Program-made: the position numbers and the translations under genes
Source of the DNA: Bigelowiella natans CCMP2755
Lineage: Eukaryota > Protista > Cercozoa
Length of the DNA stretch: 64,000 nt
Reading direction: 5' to 3'
Assembly (NCBI GenBank): GCA_000320545.1
Contig: ADNK01000266.1
Span: 1 to 64,000 of the forward strand
The notes under the pieces: generated by a model
What the model saw: the letters and a program-made list of their open reading frames with translations, nothing else
What the model was told of the DNA's origin: nothing
The model's database searches: none
In this document: positions 33,781 to 46,141 of the stretch, piece after piece
Numbering within the stretch: position 1 is the stretch's first letter
How the letters are laid out: each line of letters opens with the position of its first letter

Positions 33781-35300
33781 ATGGCTGCTCTGGAAACCGT
33801 TGTTGACGCCCCGAACAAAGAAGGCGAGGACCTGAAAGTATCGTTATCTGAAAAGACCAAAGAGGATTTGAAAGTAAGTTACATTTCAGGATCAAGAATA
33901 ATGAACATCAGGAATTTGTGTTGATTGGTAGGATGTTGTTCTTCATGGTCTCGTTGTTTCCCCTCCATCGGTTAAAATTCGGACAATCCTTCACTATTAT
34001 GGAGTGCAGTGGACGAACAAACTCGGTCCAAAGAAAGGTTCGGAATATCGAAAGGTGGCTTAAAAGATATACGTAACAACAATGAACTTCCTAACTATGA
34101 AACATAGGCTGCAGAAGCAATAATTTTCGAGATTATCTGATTCTCATATTCTCATGACAACCACTTAGGTCCCGGTGATGATAATTAACGGCCGTCAGAT
34201 CAATGACTCTCACATCATGGGTCAAAGACACTAAGTTGTAACCGATCTCTTCAATGTTAATTGGCATTGCATCCTTCAGTAAAAAATCTGGCCCCAATTC
34301 TGGATGGGAAAGGGTTAACTGATGAGATGCTGGAAGTTGAGAAGTTGGTTACCGATGGAATTCAACTCTCTCTTTCAAAATCGGTTCGACTCTTAAGGAG
34401 CTCACTTTTCTCAACTCTTGGGAAATGCCTAACAAAACTGTTGCTCTTATACTCCTATACAGTCAATCAACAGCTGCCATGATGTCTGTTCTTGTGCTTG
34501 CTTGGCCGGGGGACTTTTTGGATGCTTCATAGGATGCATCTCATGTCAGAACACTTTAACATATTCCACACCCTCAGGAGATTTTTCTTACAGTTACCAA
34601 CTTTGTTATATGTTGATGCAAGTTATCTGTAAAAATAGGCTGTGTAGTGTGCTGTTTAAATGCCCCCCCCGGAGTTGAGGTTTGACATTACGTCTTAATG
34701 TAAAGATGTCCTTGATGGCACGTTTTGAAACATTTTGATAGGAAAATAAGGTCTATTCGAAACGGCTCAAAGACGCACTGGGGGAAAAGCCGTTTTTTCA
34801 TGGAGAGAAACCAGGTAATCCGTGTCACATTCGAATCCCGAGTTGTCAAAGAGACACATTTTATTACTATTACACACAAAGTTTATCTTCATTCTTTACT
34901 TCTTTTCCTTCTTTTCTAAGAGCTTAAAATCTATCCGTCTATCTTGATGTTGTCCTGATATGCATGGAATCATGTGATGAGCAGGAATTATCGATATTGC
35001 TGTATGGTCCATTCTCAACCTTCATGTAAAAGCTGGGACGCATGCAATACAAGTAATGTTTACACATAATTTCCTCGACATCATTGTTCTGTATTGTTAT
35101 GGAATTTTTGTGCACCCTCCTCATCTTCGCGTGATCCGATTGTATTTATTATTTGACCCTTCGTGCTACAAATTTGTGCTAAGTTGTATGATTAACACTA
35201 GGATATGTTTGATGACGGTAATGGCTGGAGTGATTATTATTTCCGAATGAAAAAACAGGGCAACTTAGCATCTTTTGACGTTCGCAAAAGTTTCAAATGA
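33781..35300 (+). CDS. Glutathione S-transferase family protein (mPGES-2/Grx2-like scaffold), multi-exon
   Basis: MAALETV...|DVVLHGLVVSPPSVKIRTILHYYG...SEYRK|VPVMIINGRQINDSHIM...KDALGEKPFFHGEKP|GIIDIAVWSIL...WSDYYFRMKK. Shows a cis-Pro VP, a DS motif and a C-terminal capping D. TGA at 35298-35300. Confidence 0.75.
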
Positions 35301-35429
35301 AAAAAAATGTTGCGTTAAATTCTCTACACTATTTTTCAGCTTTGACTTGTGCTGCGATAGCCACTACAATTTTTTGAAGGCACAGTATGCCACAATAAAT
35401 CGATGATATCACGTATGGTCATCCTGATG

Positions 35430-35990
35430 AACTCTAGTAACTAGCAATGCGGCGCGGCTACAGCGCTAAAATTGTGTTTTCTTTGTTTTTGCGAGTATGT
35501 GTTTCGTGTTTGGCGAATATGGTGGTGTTGTTGCGCCCGCAACTTGCCGCCAACCTAGCAACGTTCATGCGAGATGTATAAGACACAGCAATATAGTATA
35601 TATTATATAATGTGTATATATCATGTGTTTAGCGCGTACATGTGAGGCAAAATAGTGAGCGAAGCGCGATGTCTGATTAAGACTACCACGTGCTAGAGTG
35701 TGTGTACATGTCGGTCAACTGCATGAATGCAGGCATGCCATGCTAGCATGCATGGGCAACAGCATGTAGCCATGAGCTAGATAGGAGCATAGTCAATGAT
35801 CACAATTGCTAGATTACATCGCGTACGTGTCATCATGAACCACCACATGACTGCATTCCCACTACAATCATGAAATCTCTGTTCATGATGACATCATCAA
35901 GACTGCTAAGATACATGTACATGCATGCAGCAAACATTTAAACACCGCAGCACACGTGCTAGAACGTTTAGCCAGGACTCAAGGATTTTA
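35430..35990. repeat. Palindrome-rich intergenic block G
   Basis: CATGCTAGCATG at 35739-35750, many CATG/GTAC/CTAG. Between convergent GST and coiled-coil genes. Confidence 0.7.
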
Positions 35991-37482
35991 TTGACCTTTA
36001 AGGATCATGGAGGCGTCTCCATGAGGTCCTTGTATTCTCTTGCCCTGCAACATTGTTGGTTAGATGTTGATGATGGTAAATTGTGCACTACAAACACGTT
36101 CACTTAGGATGTAACACCCGACACATAATCTCTTCATCTCCTCCCCCAATTTTTTTATGAAAAACAGAAAGCACATGACTGGATATGAGCCGTACACATC
36201 TTGTGAAGAGCGAATGATCTCGTCAATCTTGTCTGTGTCTAGATTCAAGTGCATCTGGTCGTCAGCTTGTCCCCCTCCTCCTCCTCTGTCATTGTCGGAA
36301 GTATCAAAATTTCCAAAACCAATTCCATCGTTCTCCCTGATCATTGAACCTGAGGGTGGGAAGGAGGAAAGCGAGCCTGAACTAACTGGTATTATTGTAT
36401 TTTAGTAGTATATTTGATGATACGCCACAAGCAGTTTCCTCCTCTTCTTTCTTCTCACTTGTGTATATGCTGAATAGTTACTTTGGGGTATTGCATGACG
36501 GAAACTCTGCACTCGATTTAAGTGACCCATCAAGTCCGATAACTAGTAATCATATGTATAGTATACCAGAACGCAAGTAGGATCATGTCAGATTATGGAA
36601 GATCAGAAATATTCGAACGCGAAAATCACCCGATGCTCTGCTTCCCTCAACTCTCTCCCCTCAATATTATTTAGATAGTGATGATAAACTGGGCTCCCCT
36701 TGTCGGAATATTTCCTTTCTTCCTCGTCCCTCTCTTGAAAGCTCGAGGCCGTCCCATCCCTGCCATCCCTCTATGCCAACACCACAACTACAACTACTTC
36801 CCATCCCTCTATGCCAACACCACAACTACAACAACTACTTCTACTACTATGCATGCGTACATCGTCAAGGTTGATGAGAAACTTTGTGTCCTCAGACATC
36901 GTGTTGGAAATCGTCTATAGAGACGATAAAACAATTAAGAAGAATGAGTACTCTAGGAGGGGTAGTAATAGTAGCAGTTGTAGTAGTAGTGCCAGCAAAA
37001 TATGATTCGGCTGTTATATAACATCGCGATCGTAGCTATCTCAATCACTCAGTATCTTTATATCATTATCAATATTTGAACCAATGATTAGCTATTGTTG
37101 TCGATGTTCTTATTATCCAAAAACTACTTTGAGATCTGAGAGATGGTCCTTGAACGCTTGCAACAAGTTAAAATCTGAAAATGTGTGTGTGTGTGTGTGT
37201 CTGTGTGCTGCTGATTTTACACACAATGATGATAACGATAATTGTTGCACTGATAAAGCACAGACAGAGCTGCCAACCACGTAGAGGATGGTACCTGACA
37301 TGCTCTCGAATTGCTTTTTGGGCTCGCCGATGGAAGCATCCTGGCAGCAAAATATAAAGGGATTATCTCACATGGACCTCTGTGTTTCCCACTAATGTTC
37401 TTTGTTTCACCAACCAATTCCTTTCGTCTGAGGTCCCTGGAGCGCTTCTCCATTTCTGCACGGGAGTCGATGAGCTCTTTCC

Positions 37483-37531
<49 letters not shown>

Positions 37532-37602
37532 TTATGCGTTGAATGGTTGGGGGGACAGGTAGCATATCCGCACCACGGTGGTGGTGATGACAATGATGAG
37601 GT

Positions 37603-37654
<52 letters not shown>

Positions 37655-38251
37655 CCTGTATGTTTAAAGTTGGGCGCGATTATAATATTATAAATATTAG
37701 ATGAATATTTTGTATGGGATACTGCTGCTGCTATTACCATACAAGTACCTTTGCTGTTTTGTGTAGTTTTCCGCGGCTAGAAGACCACAAGGCAAAACGC
37801 ACACACAGAGGGATACTCAGACAAACATATCGTTAGCGGCAGGGTAATACTAAGCAACTGTTGATATTCATTCGAAGCCCATTTGTAGAATCTATGGTTC
37901 ATTATGGAAGATCCTCCTAGTTATCACCTTGCTTTTGATCATCAAAAATCAACTTCTGGTGTTTGAACAACTCTTTCTCCTGCTTCAGCTCCCTAAAAGT
38001 ATGAATTATTGTAACGATACATGCGTCTTGACCCTTTCTAACGCACGCACAGATATGGTTACGCACACCCCTGTCCTCTCTCATCTTTGGGAGGCTGATC
38101 ACAATCCATTGCGTATGTGTATGCACTACCTGAGTTTCTCTTCGTAGTCGCTCTCCATCTTAAGGCGTTGTGCCTGAATAAATTGAATGATGGTGACACA
38201 GAGCGAATCGGCAAACAAGGGTGTCGTCCAATAGAAAGATGGCATTTCAAT

Positions 38252-38291
<40 letters not shown>

Positions 38292-38360
38292 ATGACTGTG
38301 GTTGCATCATACAATAGTTTACAGCAAAGGATGGTGATAAAATAAATATAGATGTAGACA

Positions 38361-38407
<47 letters not shown>

Positions 38408-38559
38408 TTATATAATTATGCTACCTTCAGATCCACTTGTTGTCGCCGCAGCTCATTGTGCTCTTTATTGAGATAAGAGTTGCTCAGAATCGTTTGCTTG
38501 TTGATCTCCTGATAATTGGCAGCATATTATACACACACACACACATCCACACACACACA

Positions 38560-38603
<44 letters not shown>

Positions 38604-40598
38604 TTGTTGTGCGTGTTGACTAACGACCGCTTTTGTCCTCTCCGCCACTTTCAGCTTCTCCTCAAGACCAAGAATCTAGCAGGGTGGAGAGAACCATGAG
38701 AAAGACGATGACGCGATGTACTGGGGAAAACAGAACGACAATGATGATCACGATGACGAGAACAATTCCTCTACTATCGAAATTAAGAGAAACGACTTTA
38801 TCTTCCATCTTGAGCTTGGCCTTGATCTCCTTGTCTCGCAGCTTCGTTTGCTGTTGTGAAACACGCATATATACACAGCAGTGGCAGTTAGGGAGCAAAA
38901 TCACGCCGTAGGCTGGAGGAGAGCATGATTTGTGCCTGGTCACAACGATAATGGTAGGTGTTGATGGGTGAGTGCAAGAATCACTCGAAAGCTACCCCCT
39001 CCCTTTCCCTCCTATCTTCTGCGCCCCACCGCACCGCTCTTAGATGATCGTGCTTTAGCCTGAGTATCTCCCTCTCACGGTTTAAAATCTCCTCCCGCAG
39101 CTGGATAATGTGAACGCAGGAAGGAGGGGGAAGGAGAAGGGAGGAGGGAGAGGGGGGGGGAGGAAAATTTTAATCAAATATTACTCTGATCAACAAGTTG
39201 AAACATAAAGATTGGTAGCAAAGTACTCGTCATCCTTGTATGATATGCTGCTGCTGCTTTGCAATTACAGATAAAAACAGAAATGCAAAGTGCAAATAAT
39301 TAATACCAAGCTTACCGCAACCACCCCCATCACTACAACTACTACTGCACTACTTGTTTAATTAGTGCTTGGGTTGATCCTGCACAACAACAAGGAGGAG
39401 GGGGAGGGGAGGAGGAGGAGGAGGAGGATATTATGTATAAATTGATATCCAATATAAAAACAAACCACCAAAAGTTATATTTCTCTGTGCCGCTAAAAGA
39501 GAAACTCAAAGGCTTTTCTGCTCAGCCTTGCTATTTCCAAATTATACCCATTACGAGCAAGAACAAAAACCAGTACTACCACAACAACAACAACAACTAC
39601 TACTACTACTACTACTATTAGTGCTACTGTGAAGACCTTAACTCAATACTTCTATCCACACCCACACCTGCTCTTTCAATAACCAGACCGCTGCTGATTT
39701 TTCGCGTACTACTGCCACCACCACTACCACCACCACTACTACTACAACCTTGATGCTTTTGCTTCGTTTTCGTCAGGACCGTGTGCATGTTTTTGTTCAG
39801 ACCCTAATTCAAAGGCAGCAGCAGCAGCAGCAGCAGCAGCACAATCAGCACGCCAAAAACAATTTCAGCCGATATTCGAGACTACTACCTTGAGGCGAGT
39901 TATTTCCAAGAGGAGCTGCTTGTTGTCCTGAGAAAAAGAGCAAGTTTATAAAAGGTGCAGTAGCAAACGGTTCTCTAATAAATCATTCCTACCCCAGGAA
40001 ACATCAATTATATCTTTGAATTGTACACTCCCCCATTGTGGATATTGACCGATGTTTCTTCTTCTTCTTTTTAATTATCACCGTCATCATTTTCAATTAT
40101 ACACTTCGATATCCCCCCCCCCCGCCCCCCTCCTCTCTCACCGCAAGGGCTTTGTCACGGCCTCCCTTGACCTCTCCAAACCTAGCATTCAGGGCCGCTA
40201 ATAATATCAACGACAAATATTAACATTTAGTAGTATTATCGATTCGAAATCAACCGACTCTTAACCTGCAGCAGAGACAGCGCTGATCAATAAGGAGAAG
40301 AAGAAGAAGAAGAAGAAGAAGAAGAAGAAGGAGGAGGAGGAGGAGGAGGAGGCTGGTTTCCCGCCCACGAATTTATGCACTATTGCTATTACTGCTACCT
40401 ACATATTTGTAATATTCATCGATCCCACAAACCTTTTTCCTTGATCATTTTGTCCAACCTCTTATGAACCTAATGGAGATATAGGTGAGGGAGGAAAACG
40501 TAGAAGGGCAGTGGAGAAAGAGAAGGAGGAGGAGGAAGCTCCAAAATTGGACACATCTTTCACTGGATAAATAGTCATACACTTGACCGAATCACAGC

Positions 40599-40637
<39 letters not shown>

Positions 40638-40699
40638 CTATATACGAATGCACAACTAGCTAGTATATGCAAGTACACTGTTACTAAGCAGAAACACGA

Positions 40700-40747
<48 letters not shown>

Positions 40748-41210
40748 GCACACACCCCCAAGTTGAGACGGGACGTGTGAATTGTGTTGCTCTTCATTTC
40801 CTCATACTGATGAAGTAAGTGCGCGATAACGAAGAACAACAATCACGATGATGATGTTGATGATGCGAGACGAACGAGTATCCATGATACGTTTCGTGAG
40901 TTAGTAACTTTTAGTTTTCAAGTCACCATCATCATCATTATTATCATCATCGCTATCATCATCGTTAGCATCCTACAATACTTACGATTCTAGCCTCATC
41001 CCGTGCCTTTGCCTTCTCCTTTCGAAGTTCCTCTGCAAGTGCATTGATAAAAACCACGTCGTTGGCATTATTACCTCTCAATACCGCGGTCAACTACTAC
41101 TACTACTACAACTACTACTACTACTACAACTACGCAATACGGCAATGGCGTGTGACCTTTTAGCCTTGATACTTCCAGATGATGAGATGTCCTACCATTT
41201 CACACACATA

Positions 41211-41249
<39 letters not shown>

Positions 41250-41413
41250 ACATGCATGCATGCATCAGACGAGAGTCTGTAATAACACAAATAGTTTTTG
41301 ACAGTTGTTAACATTGCTCAGCAGCGCAGCAGCAGTAGCATTGGATAGAGTGGCTGCATAATGTTCTACTACTGATATACCTTTCGGATCTCAACTGATT
41401 CTCCAGCTTCGTG

Positions 41414-41479
<66 letters not shown>

Positions 41480-42141
41480 GTTTGTGTTTGCACCGTCAGA
41501 CGCAAAAGAATGGATAATCTACGACCACAAAAAATCATGATACTGACATGAAGAAAGCAAAAAAGATGAGATGATAATAAATCAGCAAAAGATGCCACAT
41601 AAACGTGGTTCAAATTCATCTTCCGCCTCATACTTCGTCGTCGTTGTCATATCGGTACATCCTCTCCCCCTCCCCTCTCCCTCACTCCCTGGCACGATGT
41701 ACTGATGCTACACAGGCTCTACTATTACCTTGGAGACAATATTCTTCTCCTTAAGCGTTTGCTCTCGTGTAGCTCCTAGATCGTCTATGAAGGTGTTAAT
41801 TGTTGTTATTCTTGATGATGCCGTGTGTAAAGCATATGCATATCTACTGTATATGTTTAAGTGCAGATTTGTAGTGAGTAGGATGTGCATATTCCCTTCG
41901 GTACAATACTCACCGGATTTAATGTCCATTTCCACCTGAAGGCGTTCTTTCTCGACCCGAAGACGCTCAATCTCCGCCACCTTAGCGCAAAGACGGCAAG
42001 GAGAGGGGGCGGGGGGTAGGGTTGGATATATACACGTTACCTAGCTCCCATACACTAGCCATTGCCAGTGGACATGTGTGTGTATCATCTGACGATTTGA
42101 CAGTGATGCTAGCAGCTAGTATTGATCACATAAAACAACTT

Positions 42142-42185
<44 letters not shown>

Positions 42186-43644
42186 CTCCAGCAGCATTTT
42201 ACTCCTCCTCCTAACAAATATGTCGCAACAGTACCAGCTCCTGTTTATCCTTGAGAATGGCTGTTTTCTCAACCAGTTCCTGTTGGATTCCAGTCTGAAG
42301 TGCCTTTACCTAAGGAAAAGAGAATTTGTATCGTCAAAAGGAAGAAGGGGCAAAGACCTTATATTTTTTTAATATACTGACAAAATTATTTTTTAAGTGA
42401 GGAATTTGTGCTGCTGAGAAGGCGGCCTTCATCCTTTTCATAGTACTATGATAATGAGATGTGAGGAGATAAATGTAGGTACAAAAACAGGTGTATAATG
42501 TGTAAATATTTATATTTATATTAGAGAGGGAAAGGTAGCAGCAGATTTTAGTATTGATCCAACCTGAGAATTGAGGTCTTGGTTTTGTGATCGAAGACTT
42601 TCATTCTCAGTATCAATCGCAAGTGTGCTCACTTGTAAACAACCCAAAAAAAAAAACTTCAGTAAGTAGACACCCTTCATGTTGTGATAAGAACAACACT
42701 GCTCATAACTTTAAGCTACAATTCGTGATTTCAGAATAAATTTTCAAAAAAAAGTTGACGGAAAGCCAAAATTCCCACAAATGATAATGTTTTGATGAGG
42801 TTGATCCATTATATTTGAATAATGAGCAGGTACTACCTTGCTGCAGAGTGTCCCTCCTCTTAGAAGCATCGGTGAGGTTGGTGAGGTCACGTCTCATCCT
42901 ACTTATCACCTCAATGTGCTCCACCTATGTCAACATCAACATGTCGTCGTTCAGCACGATATAATGATGATGATGATGATGATGATGATAGTAGTAGGAG
43001 CTTATTATTACATGCAGACAGCAATTTCTCATCGATTATTACCTCTCGCTGTTTCGCTAGCTCAAGCCCAGATCTATTTATATCAAAGATTGTTACTACT
43101 AAAACTACTACTGCTGCTGTTGCTGCCACTGCCAAAGTAGCACTCAAATTATGACTGACTACGTATTGTGAGTTGGCACTTGGCGGTGCTTTACAAGCAA
43201 AGAGGAAGCAAATTTGTATTCTTCGTGGAGTGTCTTATTCATTTTTTTTCGAAATTCCAAAAAAAGTAGACGTAGGCATGGCTGATAGCAGCAAATGTGT
43301 TCTCTTTATTAGGCCCGACTGTGCAAGAGCAGCGTCTTTCTCAGCAGTCACGACTCTGATGATGAGAGGTAGATTGGGAATGGAGTTAAACGTAGAAAGC
43401 TACATATGAAACATCCCCGATTCGAGAGCACCCATGCGCTGCAGCTCTCACAACATCGACAGTATACAGTCAGCAATAGAAAAGTTGCCTTCGATTTGAA
43501 AGCATTGCAGGTAGGAAACACATATTGGAAGTGCAGTCTTCGTTTTTAAAATTGCTACCTCCTGCCCAGGTTCTTGAGTTGGTCTTTGAGTTGGTCATTC
43601 AACAGCTGAAGAGAACAGAAAACATCGAAACATCTCGACTTATA

Positions 43645-43694
<50 letters not shown>

Positions 43695-45750
43695 CTCACA
43701 CGTGTAAGCAGCACACAAAAAACAAACACACGGTAACATGTAGTACGTGTTGTTAGGTTTCACCGCCACAATCAGCAAATCACCTCAGCTTGAACGAGTT
43801 TGGCACGAGATTCCACCGATGCTTTCTCAGTTTCTGTCATCTTCCCGAGAAAGTGGACGGGGGGGTAGAATAGAGATAAGAACACTTGCGTGGAGCAAGA
43901 TCGTCGCATCTAGGGTATATTTTTTTCCTTTTTTACTTCATAAGGTCGTCGTTGCTACGTGCGTTCTGGTAAGTATGGTGTTGTGATGTTCCTAGCCTCC
44001 TCTTCCTACCTGTTGGATGTTCTGCTTCAGCCTTGTCTTAGAATCCGTCATCAGACGAGAAGCATTGCTCACGTGAGCTTTGGACATAGCGCAAATGGCG
44101 GACAAAATGATACACATATCCCTGTTCATAGTAGTGGCAGTGGCATACAAACAATAATAATCGTCAATGTTAGGATTGGGGAAGGGACGATCCCGTCGTC
44201 AAGACCCCTCCCAAATGTTTAAAATCTCAGCAAGCAACCCTGATCTGAGGTTGTACGAGCACATCTTATTCATCACCTCAAGACGAAGATGGTGTCGATA
44301 TGTGTCGAGGTAGGTTGAAGAATCAACAGGCTATTGGAACCCACATCCTGGCACATATCCTGAAAAGCAGGAGGAGGAGGAGGAGGAGGAGGAGGAGGAG
44401 GAGGGGGAGGGGGAGAATTTACAAGATTAATCAGAAGAACAAGCAAGAGAAACAACAGCAGCAACAACAACAATATTACTGATAATAAAATAAGAAGAAG
44501 ATCGATGTACTTTTCAAACAGTTTTCACTAATCCCATTGTGTGATAATATGATTTCTAACACATGACTTTGAGAAGCTTTATGCGCCTGCGTTGTGACTT
44601 CCCGACAGCGCTCTGATCTTCAACACCACTAGCTTTCAGCGACTAAGATCGATATGAAATATAAGTTGATAAATCAGTAAATAAAACTTCAAGTTCGTAA
44701 TAGTGAAGCATTGAAGAACATACTCAATATGAGTATGTATGCATGCAGTCAGTGTGCTTTCCTGCTTGTTTTAACTCCATACCTCCCACACAGCCAGGAG
44801 AACCTCGCGAAGAGATATTAAACTCCCTATGAAAATGAGTATTTTCAAAGTTAGGACGTATCATTTCTCCAGTAACCGTGATCATGAGAAGGTGTGAAGC
44901 AGTGGTATGATCGAATCACGTCATCATGTTCCTAACACATATCGGCCCCCATTCCTCCCTAGATAAATCTGTTTGGAGCTACTACTAATATATGCATACG
45001 GACTTTGTTTTGGACGGGACTCAAGAATTTCATTCAAATCCTGACAACACCAAAGAAAGCATAAATTCAAAGCTGTGATACGACTCATGCTGTATCAATA
45101 CGCACAAGTAGATGATCTAATGAAAACCTGGTCTGTGATTTCTGCTGCGTCAGGAAATAGGGACATCGGGTCTGGTTGGAGATCCTCCTTACCTTCTCCC
45201 AATACATTTCTGGCTTTGACACCGAGCGGATACCTTCGGATACACAATGATGCAACAAAACCTTTTATCTAGTTTTTATACCCGGAATTTGACACATGGC
45301 AGCACAATGCTTTTGAGAGATAGACACATCGTTACTACTTAATATTCTGCAGCACCCACGTATGTTGTATCGTTGTTCGTGCACCTTGCTGAGAAGAATG
45401 GCGTTTTCTCTCTGTCTTTTCGCGCAGGGCAACGGCGGAACTCGGCGCGCTTTCTCTCCTTTGATTTAAATCTGTGGCCGCTTGCCCTCATCCGTGTTTA
45501 CCTATGGCAAATTCATCTGTCTGAATTACCCACGTAACGATTCAAGCTAAAGTAAAGGAAAGTACAGTGGATTGGGGGACTGGGCTTCCTGGTGCACTTA
45601 GTTCCGTTGGGATAGGCCAGGCGATGGCAACGATAGGGATAATCGCCTCTGTTCACAGTACGCGACAACAATTTGTTCCATCGCATTAGCAACTCGTTGG
45701 TGAGTGTAAATTTTATCACGTCGCAAGGGGGAAATGTCCTTCATCAGACC
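35990..45750 (-). CDS. Large, very intron-rich gene for a coiled-coil protein of unknown function (could be more than one gene)
   Basis: Many 30-150 nt GT-AG-flanked exons with heptad-like E/K/L/Q composition (e.g. AEIERLRVEKERLQVEMDIK, DNKQLLLEITRLK, RNFEKEKAKARDEAR, QRLKMESDYEEKLR), all on the minus strand, separated by microsatellite-rich introns. Confidence 0.58.
41414..41475. repeat. 62-bp perfect palindrome (CA)n-(AT)14-(GT)n in an intron
   Basis: 17-nt CACA..C arm, (AT)14 core, complementary GTG..G arm. Confidence 0.9.
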
Positions 45751-45776
45751 TTTGCAGTTTTGACAAAATTTTCGGC

Positions 45777-45784
45777 GCGCGAAA
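45777..45784 (-). promoter_or_regulatory. E2F-consensus site (TTTCGCGC) upstream of POLE
   Basis: Plus strand GCGCGAAA, about 360 bp upstream of the POLE ATG, matches TTTSSCGC. Function inferred only. Confidence 0.35.
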
Positions 45785-46141
45785 GCATTTCCCTCCCTTT
45801 CGGGCCAATGTTCAGACCAAGAAAGCATAGTTCAGCAGGATGTAACTATAGATCCTTTGCATAAATGCACTAAAACAAAATATCATAGGTCAAAATTACA
45901 TCAATTTACTCAGATTTCTGGAAAAATTATGCGTAAAATCGATCTTAGTGTTCGACCGCCGAATCCAGAAAGGCACAAAAGAATGTGCAATTTTTCTCTT
46001 GGTTCTCTCACTTGCGACAAGGGATTTGAATTGTCGTAGACATTCCCCTCATTTTTTCCGCGCTCCTCTCGGTTCAGAGTATAACTTTCCCTCCCCAATC
46101 CTTTCAAATAATTCCCACGCTTTGAGCAAAGGCGTGACAGG

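Noticed and set aside
33537-33860. 107-aa minus-strand ORF upstream of and overlapping the GST start
   Set aside because: It is antisense to the GST first exon, begins at a non-ATG codon and has no recognisable motif. It cannot be fully excluded.
36763-36841. 38-bp tandem duplication (CCATCCCTCTATGCCAACACCACAACTACAACTACTTC x2)
   Set aside because: Real, but an ordinary local intronic duplication with no other copies seen, so there is no support for an introner family.
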